Assembly: GCA_963828165.1 (NCBI GenBank)
Contig: CAWHDR010000001.1
Coordinates: 268,775 to 332,774 of the forward strand
DNA from: an uncultured Chloroflexia bacterium
GTDB lineage: Bacteria; Chloroflexota; Limnocylindria; Limnocylindrales; CSP1-4
DNA length: 64,000 nucleotides
Direction: 5' to 3'
Positions 47,206-55,680 of this stretch are shown here, one piece after another (within the stretch, counting starts at the first letter, position 1; each line of letters begins with the position of its first letter). A program made the translations under genes and the position numbers. Under the pieces are notes generated by a model, which was not told where the DNA came from, did not search any database, and saw nothing but the letters and a program-made list of their open reading frames with translations.

Positions 47206-48149
47206 CGCGCTTCACCCGCGTAGTAGACCCAGCGCCGGGCCGTCCCGAACAGGATGAGCGTGATGGCCAGCGTGATCAGGAACAGGAGCCAAGCGAGCGT
47301 CGCCCCATACGACATGTTCTGGAAGGTGAAGAAGTTCTTGTACAGGTACAGGTTGTAGAACATCGTCGAGCCGCCCGGCTCCCCCGTGCCGTCCTGGAGC
47401 ACCAGCGGGACGAGGAAGTACTGCATGACCTCCACGACCGACAAGACGATCGTGTAGAAGATGACCGGGGTCAGCATCGGGATCGTGATGTGGCGCAGCG
47501 ACGCCAACGCTCCTGCCCCGTCGATCCGGGCGGCCTCGTACAGATCCGTGGGAATCCCTTTCAGCCCGGCCAAATAGACGATCATCCCGGCCCCGATGCC
47601 CCAAACGCCGATCAGGGCGAGGCCCGGGTAGACCCAGCCGGGATCCTCCAGCCACGGCGGCGGGTTCTCGACACCGACCGCCTGAAGGGCGAGGTTGATC
47701 CAGCCGGTGCTCGGGTTGAGCATCCCGCCCCAGATGAAGACGCCCGCCACGAACGGCACGACGTAGGGCAGGAAGAACAGGACCCGGAAGCCGCTCGAGC
47801 CGAACAGGTGCCGGGAATGGAGCAGCAGCGCCACGAGGAGCGGCAGGATCACCGCCACGGGCAGCGCGAGCGCGGCGAATTTCAGCGTGATGGCGAGCGA
47901 ATCCCAGACCTGCTGATCCTTGAACAGCTTCTCGTAGTTCTTCAGGCCGACGAACGTCAGCGGTTCGGCCTGGGCGAGGTTGATGTTGGTGAACGAGAAA
48001 ACCAGCGTGGCGATCATCGGGATGGCCGTGAAGGCCAGGAACCCGATCAGCCACGGCGCGATGAAGGCGTAGCCCCAGCGTGCGCGCCGCCAGCCCAGTC
48101 CGGAGAAGCGAGGCTGTCGTGGCGGTCGCGCCACGCTGAGGTTGGCCAT
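47202..48149 (-). CDS. carbohydrate ABC transporter permease (MalF-like)
   Basis: Six TM segments and an EAA loop (YEAARIDGAGALASLRHITIP). Confidence 0.8.
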   Translation of the reverse strand: MANLSVARPPRQPRFSGLGWRRARWGYAFIAPWLIGFLAFTAIPMIATLVFSFTNINLAQAEPLTFVGLKNYEKLFKDQQVWDSLAITLKFAALALPVAVILPLLVALLLHSRHLFGSSGFRVLFFLPYVVPFVAGVFIWGGMLNPSTGWINLALQAVGVENPPPWLEDPGWVYPGLALIGVWGIGAGMIVYLAGLKGIPTDLYEAARIDGAGALASLRHITIPMLTPVIFYTIVLSVVEVMQYFLVPLVLQDGTGEPGGSTMFYNLYLYKNFFTFQNMSYGATLAWLLFLITLAITLILFGTARRWVYYAGEAR

Positions 48150-48152
48150 GGA

Positions 48153-49643
48153 TCAGCTGCCGCCCGCGTCCCAGACGCCCTGCATCTCGGCGCGCATCGC
48201 CTCGATCTCGGCGTTCAGGTCGAGTCCGGGCGTCGTCTGCCACTTGGTCCCGTACTTGCTCAGCAAGTCGAGCGTCTGGTTGTACGCCGGCATGAACGAT
48301 TCGAAGTTGGGCACGTCGGCGAATGCGACGCCGTCCTTCGCGACCTTCGTGTCGATCCCTTGCGTGTAGTCGGCGAACTGCGCCGTCAGGAACGCGTCCT
48401 GCTTCGATTCCACGGCAGGCATCCCGCCATAGAGTGCGAGCAGGTCCTCGTTGCTAAGGAGGTACAGGAGCACCTCGAATGCCTGGTCCGGATTCTTGCT
48501 CGCCTTCATGATCCGCCACGTGTCGGCATTGAAGGCGGCCGTCGTCTGGCCCTGGTAGGACGGGGTCGCGGCCATGTTCCAGTCGTCACCGGCGTCCGAC
48601 ACGCAATATGTCGACCAGAGGTAATTGGTGCTCATCGCGACCTTGCCGGCGCAGAACGGATAGCCCGCCGGATTGATGTCGGTCGTCTCGAAGATCGGAC
48701 CGGTCATGCTGAAGTGGTCCGTCCAGATGCCGTCGTAGAAGTGCTTCCACGCCGCCGCCCATGGTGCGGGGATCTCGACGGTCTTGCCGTCGGCCGCCAT
48801 GAACGAGCCGGCCCCGAAGTAGGCACCGGTCTGACGCAGGTCGTCACGCTGCGGCTCGAAACCCCATTGCACGATCTTTTCCGGATCGAAGCCTGCCTCG
48901 GTCGCGTCAGCGCCGTTCTCGTCCACGGTCAGGATCTTGGCGATCTCGCGGACGGTGTCGTAGTCCCACGGACGCTTGGAACCGTCCGGCATCGTGTACT
49001 CACTGTTCCACGCATGCGGCGGCTCGGCGAGACCGGCCTCCTTGAACATGTCGGCCTTGTAGAACAACACGGACGGATAGACCGCGTACGGGATGCCGAG
49101 CTGGCCTTCGCCCCCGGCGTTGTACAGGTCAACGGTCGACTCGGGGAACTGGCCCATGTCGAAGCCGGCTTTGTCGATGTGCGGCTGCAGGTCGAGCCAC
49201 TGGCCGTGGAATGCCTCGGCACCGCCGATTCCCACGGGGCCGACGATGTCGGGACCATTGCCCGCGGCGAGCTGCGTGGACAGGGCGTCGCGTGCGCCCT
49301 GGTAGATGAACCCTTCGAACTGCAGATGGATGCCCTCGTGCGAGGCATTGAAGTCCTCGGTCACCTTGAGCTCCACCTCGACCTGCTCGGGTGCGTCACC
49401 CGTACCGAGGCAGCAATACCAGCGGATCACCACGTCGCCTGGGTCGGGCTGGGAGCCCGTGACCGGCAACGGCGTCGAGACCGGCGCAGTCGATGCCGAG
49501 GCGTCGGCCGAGGCGTCCGCAGACCCGGCGGGCGCGGGCGAACCAGTCGGCGTAACGGTGCTGGGGGTAGTTCCTCCACAGGCACCAGCCAGCAGGGCCA
49601 GTACCGAGACCAGGACGGCGATCCGCCCGAACGTTGGTTGCAT
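48153..49643 (-). CDS. ABC transporter solute-binding lipoprotein (carbohydrate/oligosaccharide)
   Basis: Start trimmed to ATG 49643 with a GGAGGAG RBS. Lipobox (LLAGACGG). SBP_bac_1-like. Confidence 0.8.
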   Translation of the reverse strand: MQPTFGRIAVLVSVLALLAGACGGTTPSTVTPTGSPAPAGSADASADASASTAPVSTPLPVTGSQPDPGDVVIRWYCCLGTGDAPEQVEVELKVTEDFNASHEGIHLQFEGFIYQGARDALSTQLAAGNGPDIVGPVGIGGAEAFHGQWLDLQPHIDKAGFDMGQFPESTVDLYNAGGEGQLGIPYAVYPSVLFYKADMFKEAGLAEPPHAWNSEYTMPDGSKRPWDYDTVREIAKILTVDENGADATEAGFDPEKIVQWGFEPQRDDLRQTGAYFGAGSFMAADGKTVEIPAPWAAAWKHFYDGIWTDHFSMTGPIFETTDINPAGYPFCAGKVAMSTNYLWSTYCVSDAGDDWNMAATPSYQGQTTAAFNADTWRIMKASKNPDQAFEVLLYLLSNEDLLALYGGMPAVESKQDAFLTAQFADYTQGIDTKVAKDGVAFADVPNFESFMPAYNQTLDLLSKYGTKWQTTPGLDLNAEIEAMRAEMQGVWDAGGS

Positions 49644-49693
49644 GCGCGTACTCCTCCGTCTGCGACGACCGTTCGATGGGTTGCTCGACGTTG

Positions 49694-50488
49694 TCACCGA
49701 CTCGCCCCTCCTCCGCGTGTGATCGCCTCCGCTTGGTGCGACCAGCTCGGCCGCTCGACGTCGCGATCGACGTAGTAGCGCGAGCGATCGCCGCGCACGA
49801 ACGTCCGACCGAACTCGACCGCCGTGTCATCGGCGGCGAATGCGACGCCTTCGATCAGGAGGGCCGCGGCGCCCCGGCGCTGGCCCAGCAGGGCGGCCTC
49901 GCGGGTCCGCAAGTGGACAGGCTCGAGGGCCTCTCGAGCGCGGACCACCGGCGTGTCGTAGCGGGTCGCCATCAGCTCGTACAGCGAGGCATGCTCGAGG
50001 TCGCTCGCGAGCAAGCCCGGAAATCGCTCGGCGGGGAGATGGACCTGCTCGAGGAGATACGGCTCACCGCCCGCCAGCCGGAGCCGCTCGAGGTAGAGCG
50101 TGGGCGAACCCGCCTCGAGCCCCAACGCCGCGGCGACCGAGACCGTGGCCGACTCGGGACGCGCCGAGATCAGGCGGGTCTGGGGGTCGAGGCCGCGTTC
50201 CTGCATCTCGTCGGCGAAACTGGCGCGGCTGGCGATGTCGCGCTCGAGGCGCGGTCGGAGGACGAACGTGCCGCGGCCGCGGGTGCGCTCGATGCGCCCC
50301 TGCTGGACGAGCTCCCCTAGCGCTCGGCGGACCGTGATCAGGCTCACGCCGTAGTGGCGAGCCAGCTCACGCTCCGGCGGGAGGCGGTCGCCCGGCTGCC
50401 ACGTCCCGTCGTCCAGGGATTCGCGCAGGTCGAGATAGACCTGGTGGTGCATCGGTACGGGGCCGAGCGAGAGGCGGAAACGGGCCAT
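49694..50488 (-). CDS. GntR-family transcriptional regulator (HutC/UTRA subfamily)
   Basis: wHTH (LPPERELARHYGVSLITVRRALGELVQQG) plus a UTRA effector domain. Heads the minus-strand ABC operon and is divergent from the GH4 gene. Confidence 0.8.
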   Translation of the reverse strand: MARFRLSLGPVPMHHQVYLDLRESLDDGTWQPGDRLPPERELARHYGVSLITVRRALGELVQQGRIERTRGRGTFVLRPRLERDIASRASFADEMQERGLDPQTRLISARPESATVSVAAALGLEAGSPTLYLERLRLAGGEPYLLEQVHLPAERFPGLLASDLEHASLYELMATRYDTPVVRAREALEPVHLRTREAALLGQRRGAAALLIEGVAFAADDTAVEFGRTFVRGDRSRYYVDRDVERPSWSHQAEAITRGGGASR

Positions 50489-50544
50489 CGTGACTGGCGG
50501 CTCCTCGAGGTCGGACGGGAAGGACCAGGGTTGCGCGGTCCGCG

Positions 50545-50568
50545 ATTGCTGATAACGTTATAAGCAAT
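50545..50568. promoter_or_regulatory. candidate operator: 24-bp near-perfect palindrome attgctgataacgttataagcaat with a perfect 10-bp core ataacgttat
   Basis: AT-rich island in a 70%-GC genome, centred in the GntR-GH4 divergent intergenic region. 22 of 24 positions are symmetric. Confidence 0.5.
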
Positions 50569-50614
50569 CGTGTCAAGTCCCCGGCCCCTCGGGCTTGACG
50601 GAATGGGAGGGTGG

Positions 50615-51883
50615 ATGGGCACCAGGGTCACCGTCGTCGGCGGCGGCAGCACCTATACCCCGGAGCTGGTCGACGGCTTCGTGCGACGCGCGGACCGCCT
50701 CCCCATCGACGAGCTCGTCCTGCTCGACACGGACCCTGACCGGCTCCACGTCGTCGGCGGCCTCGCACAGCGCATGCTCGACCGTCTCGACTGGACCGGC
50801 CGCCTGCAGCTGACCGGCGATCGGGACGCGGCGGTCGACGGCGCGGACTTCGTGCTGTTCCAGCTGCGGGTCGGTGGCCAGGCCGCGCGGCTCGTCGACG
50901 AGACGCTCCCCCTCCGATTCGGGGTCATCGGCCAGGAGACGACTGGCGCGGGTGGCTTCGCGAAGGCGATGCGCACGGTCCCGGTCGTGCTCGACCTCGC
51001 CGAACTGGTCGCCCGCCGCTCGGCGCCGGACGCCTGGATCATCGACTTCACGAACCCGGTCGGCATCGTCACCCAGGCCCTCATCGATGACGGGCACCGG
51101 GCGATCGGGCTGTGCAACGTCGGCATCAACCTGCAGCGCCGGATGGCCACGCTCTTCGACGTCGGGCCGGAACGGGTCGAGCTGGAGCATGTCGGGCTCA
51201 ACCACCTGACCTGGGAGCGGGCGGTCCGCGTCGATGGCGTCGACCGGCTGCCCGAGTTGCTCGATTCGCACGCCGAGCAGTTCGCCGATGAATTCCGCCT
51301 TCCGGTCGACATGATCCGCACCATCGGCGCGATCCCGTCCTACTACCTGCGCTACTACTTCCTCACCCGGACGGTGCTCGAGGAGCAACGCGCTGGCCAC
51401 ACTCGAGCTCGGGACGTCATGGACATCGAGGCCCGCCTCCTCGAGCTCTACCGGGACCAGTCCCTTGCCGAGAAGCCGGCCCTCCTGGCCGACCGCGGCG
51501 GCGCCTTCTATAGCGAGGCGGCCGCCCAGCTCATCGCATCGCTCCACGACGGTGCGGGCGACGTCCAGGTCGTGGACGCCCGCAACGACGGGGCGATGCC
51601 GGACCTGCCGGCCTCCGCGGTGGTCGAGGTCCCTGCGCGCATCGATCGGGATGGCGCGCATCCGCTCCCGCTGGCGCCACTCGCCCCGGAGCAGCGCGGC
51701 CTGGTCCAGGCCGTGAAGGCGTACGAGGAGTTGACCGTGGCCGCAGCGCGGTCCGGCGACCGGACGCTGGCCGTCCGGGCGCTCGGCGCGAACCCGCTGG
51801 TCGGGCCCGAGGTGGCTCGCCCACTGCTCGAAGCCATGCTCGACGCAGACCGGGAGCACCTGGACCGGTTCGCGCCGGTCTGA
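50615..51883 (+). CDS. glycoside hydrolase family 4 (NAD+/Mn2+-dependent 6-phospho-glycosidase/alpha-glycosidase)
   Basis: GH4 N-terminal Rossmann motif (VTVVGGGSTYTPEL) and a conserved Cys region (AIGLCNV). GGGAGGG RBS before ATG 50615. Confidence 0.8.
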   Translation: MGTRVTVVGGGSTYTPELVDGFVRRADRLPIDELVLLDTDPDRLHVVGGLAQRMLDRLDWTGRLQLTGDRDAAVDGADFVLFQLRVGGQAARLVDETLPLRFGVIGQETTGAGGFAKAMRTVPVVLDLAELVARRSAPDAWIIDFTNPVGIVTQALIDDGHRAIGLCNVGINLQRRMATLFDVGPERVELEHVGLNHLTWERAVRVDGVDRLPELLDSHAEQFADEFRLPVDMIRTIGAIPSYYLRYYFLTRTVLEEQRAGHTRARDVMDIEARLLELYRDQSLAEKPALLADRGGAFYSEAAAQLIASLHDGAGDVQVVDARNDGAMPDLPASAVVEVPARIDRDGAHPLPLAPLAPEQRGLVQAVKAYEELTVAAARSGDRTLAVRALGANPLVGPEVARPLLEAMLDADREHLDRFAPV

Positions 51884-51931
51884 GGCGGGAGGTCCGTCGC
51901 GACACGCGCGTGCAATGCCGCGGCGGGCGTC

Positions 51932-54817
51932 GTGAGCCGCGTGATCCGACCCGATGCGGCATGCTTGCGCGCGATGTCCGATCCCTATCGATCCCAGGCC
52001 TACCAGATCGACGATGCGCGACCGCCCAGCCGGACCACCGCCGGCTGGATCGCGATCATCGTGTTCGCGTTCCTGGCCGCGGTCGGCATCCTGGGTGCGG
52101 TCGCGGCACTGTCGGTGTACGGCTCCCTCGCGAAGGACCTCAAGGATCCGGCGGAGCTGACCCAGTACACCTTGCCGGAGGAGACCGTCCTCCTCGACCG
52201 CACCGGGGAGGTCGAGCTGGCCCGCTTCGGCGAGTTCAAGCGCGATGTCGTGGCGTTCGAGGACATCCCGCCGCTCGTGCTCGACGCCACGACTGCGATC
52301 GAGGACAAGACGTTCTGGGAGAACGCGGGCTTCGACCCGCTGGCCATCATCGCCGCCGGCCTCGACTCGTTGCGTGGCAACAGCCGCGGTGCCTCGACCA
52401 TCACCCAGCAGCTCGTCCGTGCGCGCCTGCTCGAGCGCGACCTGCTCCAGGACGAGGACCGGACCTTCGAGCGCAAGCTCAAGGAGATCATCCAGTCCAT
52501 CCGGGTGACGCAATACTTCGGCGAGCAGGGCGACGACGGCAAGCAGCAGATCATCGAGGCCTATCTCAACCAGATCTATTACGGCAACCAGAGCTATGGC
52601 GTGAAGGCCGCGGCTCGCTCGTATTTCGGCAAGGAGCTGGCCGACCTGACGCCGGGTGAGGCGGCGACCCTCGCCGGGCTCCCCAAGTCGCCGTCCAACT
52701 ACGACCTGGTACGCAATGCCAACGAGAGCTGCGACAGCGAGCCGGAGGAGGACCAACCGTGTCCCGCGGCCGACAGCCACCTCATCGTCCCGCCCGACAC
52801 CGTCATCCTCCAGCGCCGGGACCAGATCCTCGAGCTCATGGCGGACGACCGGACCCCGATGTCGAAGGACCAGTACAGCGACGCCGAGCTGACCGCGGAC
52901 GTCGGGAAGGAGATGGAGCTCGCGCGGCAGACGGCGCCCCGCTGGCAGGCCCCGCATTTCGTATGGGCCGTGCGCGACGAGCTGACCATCAAGCTGTGTG
53001 GCGAGGACACCCCGTCGTGCGACGAGCTCGACAACGGCGGCCTGCGTGTGACCACGACCGTGGACCTCGACCTCCAGAAGATCGCCGAGAAGTGGGTCAA
53101 GGGCGCGACGATCGTCCCCCACCGCGGGAGCAACCGGCGGGAGGCTGCCGCCAAGGCCCTCGGCTTCGAGGACTACGAGCCCTGGATGCGCAACCTCGAG
53201 GACAAGAACGTTCGGAACGGCGCCCTGGTCGCGGTCGACTACGAGACCGGCGAGCTCGTCGCCTACGTCGGGTCGGCCGAGTACTACGCGACGCAGAGCC
53301 GTCCCGAGTTCCAGCCGCAGTACGACGTGGTCGGCCAGGGCTTCCGGCAGCCGGGCTCGGCCTTCAAGCCGTTCAACTACGTCGTCGGCATCGACGACGG
53401 GACCATGACCGCGGGCGACATGTTCATGGACGTCGGCACCGATTTCGGGGGCGGCTATACCCCGAACGACGCGGACAACCTCGAGCGTGGCCCCGTGCGC
53501 CTGCGGAACGCGCTGCAGTTCTCCCTGAACATCCCGTCCGTGAAGGCCATGGCCCTCAACACCCCGGAACACATGTTCGCCCGGGCAAAGGACTTCGGCA
53601 TGACCTTCCAGAGCGAGACCACCGATGCCGGGCTGGCCCTCGCGCTGGGCGTGGCTGAGACCCGACCGGTCGACCTGGCGTCCGCGTACGGCACCTTGGG
53701 GAACGGCGGCCGGCGCATCCCGCCCACGACGATCCTGGCGATCAAGAACCGCGCGGGCGAGGACGTCGTCGATCCCTACACGCCGCCGGAAGGCACCCAG
53801 GTGGTCAGCCCCCAGGCGGCCTGGATCGTCACCGACATCCTGGCCGGCAACACCAACCCTCGCGTGAACCCCTTCTGGGGCGAATTCGCCATCGAGGGTC
53901 CGGGCGGCGACCGCCGGCCGGCGACGCTCAAGACCGGGACGAACAACGACGCCAAGGACCTCAACGCGTACGGCTACATCGCCCCGCCAACCGAGGCGGG
54001 TCGGGCGGATGGCGCCTACGCGCTCGCGGTGGGAGCGTGGAACGGCAACAGCGACAACACGGCCGTCGGCGAGGTCTTCTCGATCGATGTCTCGACCTTC
54101 GTGTGGCAGGGATTCGTGCAGGAAGCCAGCGCCGAGTGGGAGATCACGAACTTCGAGCGCCCAGCCGAAGGCCTGACCCAGGTCGCGATCGACCCGTTCA
54201 CCGGCCTGTTGCCCGGCGCCGGCAGCGAGGGCGTCGAGGAGTGGTTCATCGGCGACAGTGCGCCCGATGCCCGTGTCGAGGGCGACACGTGCGGCGAGCG
54301 GGTGCTGGCCGTCGCCGGTCACGAGGACGAGTTCGACAACTGGATGGACGCGAACCGCGACTGGATCGGGCGCGCCGAGCGGGGGCCGGGCACGAGGGGC
54401 GGGCCCGAGAACACGAGGACCGCATACTTCTACAACAGCCAGTTCAATCCCTACGGCCGGACCTGGGGCGTCATCGTCGAGGGAGACGGCTGCGGTTCGC
54501 CCAGCCCGTCCCCGAGCTGTTTCATCGTCCCCACGCCTGACCCGAGCGGCGTGGTCCCGTCGTTCGCGCTGCCGTCGCCCACGGGCGATGAGGCGGTCGC
54601 GCAGCCGTGCCCGACGGTGGCCCCGTCCGCGAGCCCGTCGCTCGAGCCGAGTGCGACGCCAGAACCATCGCTTGAGCCGACGCCGGAACCGACGCCCGAG
54701 CCGACGCCGGAGCCCACACCCGAGCCGACACCGGAACCGACGCCGGAGCCCACACCTCCGCCGTCGTCGGCTCCTGAGCCGTCAGTCGCGCCGGCCGACG
54801 CCTCGACGTCTCCCTGA
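51932..54817 (+). CDS. class A penicillin-binding protein (GT51 transglycosylase + transpeptidase) with Pro/Thr/Glu-rich C-terminal tail
   Basis: GT51 motifs (EDKTFWENAGFD, GASTITQQL). The transpeptidase domain has SxxK as SAFK, SxN as SLN and KTG as KTGT. An N-terminal TM anchor and a C-terminal (PEPT)n low-complexity tail. Confidence 0.85.
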   Translation: MSRVIRPDAACLRAMSDPYRSQAYQIDDARPPSRTTAGWIAIIVFAFLAAVGILGAVAALSVYGSLAKDLKDPAELTQYTLPEETVLLDRTGEVELARFGEFKRDVVAFEDIPPLVLDATTAIEDKTFWENAGFDPLAIIAAGLDSLRGNSRGASTITQQLVRARLLERDLLQDEDRTFERKLKEIIQSIRVTQYFGEQGDDGKQQIIEAYLNQIYYGNQSYGVKAAARSYFGKELADLTPGEAATLAGLPKSPSNYDLVRNANESCDSEPEEDQPCPAADSHLIVPPDTVILQRRDQILELMADDRTPMSKDQYSDAELTADVGKEMELARQTAPRWQAPHFVWAVRDELTIKLCGEDTPSCDELDNGGLRVTTTVDLDLQKIAEKWVKGATIVPHRGSNRREAAAKALGFEDYEPWMRNLEDKNVRNGALVAVDYETGELVAYVGSAEYYATQSRPEFQPQYDVVGQGFRQPGSAFKPFNYVVGIDDGTMTAGDMFMDVGTDFGGGYTPNDADNLERGPVRLRNALQFSLNIPSVKAMALNTPEHMFARAKDFGMTFQSETTDAGLALALGVAETRPVDLASAYGTLGNGGRRIPPTTILAIKNRAGEDVVDPYTPPEGTQVVSPQAAWIVTDILAGNTNPRVNPFWGEFAIEGPGGDRRPATLKTGTNNDAKDLNAYGYIAPPTEAGRADGAYALAVGAWNGNSDNTAVGEVFSIDVSTFVWQGFVQEASAEWEITNFERPAEGLTQVAIDPFTGLLPGAGSEGVEEWFIGDSAPDARVEGDTCGERVLAVAGHEDEFDNWMDANRDWIGRAERGPGTRGGPENTRTAYFYNSQFNPYGRTWGVIVEGDGCGSPSPSPSCFIVPTPDPSGVVPSFALPSPTGDEAVAQPCPTVAPSASPSLEPSATPEPSLEPTPEPTPEPTPEPTPEPTPEPTPEPTPPPSSAPEPSVAPADASTSP
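54655..54780. repeat. 12-bp tandem microrepeat (ccggagccgacg-like) encoding the (PEPT)n tail of the PBP
   Basis: Direct inspection finds at least 8 consecutive ccgga(a/g)ccgac(g/a) units. Confidence 0.7.
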
Positions 54818-54858
54818 CCCCGCCTTCCCTGCCCGGCGCCGCGCCCGCGATCATCGAG

Positions 54859-55632
54859 TTGCGGGGCGTCTCGGTTCGCCGGGCGGGCCGCACGATCCTC
54901 GGCCCGCTCGACTGGACCGTGCGCGACGGCGAGCGCTGGGCCGTCCTCGGGCCGAACGGCAGCGGCAAGACGACCCTGCTGTCGGTCGCGTCGATGAACC
55001 TGTGGCCCACGACCGGCACCGTCGAGGTGCTCGGGGAGCGCTATGGCCGAACGGACGCGCGCGAGCTTCGGCGTCGCGTCGGGTTCGCCGGAAGCGCCAT
55101 CGAGGCGGCCATGCGACCCGACCTGACCCCGACCACGCTGATCATGACCGCCCGTCACGGTGCGTTCGAGCCGTGGTGGCACGTCTACGACGACGCCGAC
55201 CGTGATCGGGCGCGGGAACTCGGGGAGCGGATGGGACTGGCCGATCACCTCGACCAGGCGTTCGGGACGTTGTCCGCCGGCGAGCGCCGGCGCACCTCGA
55301 TCGCCCGGGCACTCATGCCGGACCCGGACGTGCTCATCCTGGACGAGCCGATGGCCAGCCTCGACCTCGCAGCGCGGGAGCTGCTCATCGCAGACCTCGA
55401 GTCACTGGCGGAGGAGCCGCGGCTGCGCACCATGGTCCTCGTCTCGCACCATCTCGAGGAGATCCCAGTGGGGTTCGGGCAGGCGCTCGTGCTGCGCGAG
55501 GGCCGTGTGCTTGCCGCCGGCCGGAGTGAGGACGTCCTCACCGACGATGTCCTGAGCGAGGCCTTCTCGATGCCCCTCACCGTGGAGGGGCACGGCGGCC
55601 GGTGGACGGCCAGGATGCGACGCGACCCGTGA
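54859..55632 (+). CDS. ABC transporter ATP-binding protein (orphan, no adjacent permease)
   Basis: Walker A (GPNGSGKTTL), the ABC signature (LSAGERRR) and Walker B (ILDEP). The true start is uncertain: TTG at 54859 or CTG at 54829. The PBP stop at 54817 limits any upstream extension. Confidence 0.7.
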   Translation: MRGVSVRRAGRTILGPLDWTVRDGERWAVLGPNGSGKTTLLSVASMNLWPTTGTVEVLGERYGRTDARELRRRVGFAGSAIEAAMRPDLTPTTLIMTARHGAFEPWWHVYDDADRDRARELGERMGLADHLDQAFGTLSAGERRRTSIARALMPDPDVLILDEPMASLDLAARELLIADLESLAEEPRLRTMVLVSHHLEEIPVGFGQALVLREGRVLAAGRSEDVLTDDVLSEAFSMPLTVEGHGGRWTARMRRDP

Positions 55633-55680
55633 CCGACGCGTGGCCGAGGCGGGGCTCGACACGCGAATGTCACGAGTCCG

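Noticed and set aside
50573-54322. 1249-aa ORF on the minus strand spanning the GH4 and PBP genes
   Set aside because: It is antisense to two well-supported genes with clear catalytic motifs. Its composition is Arg/Gly/Asp-rich with no motifs, the typical high-GC antisense artefact.
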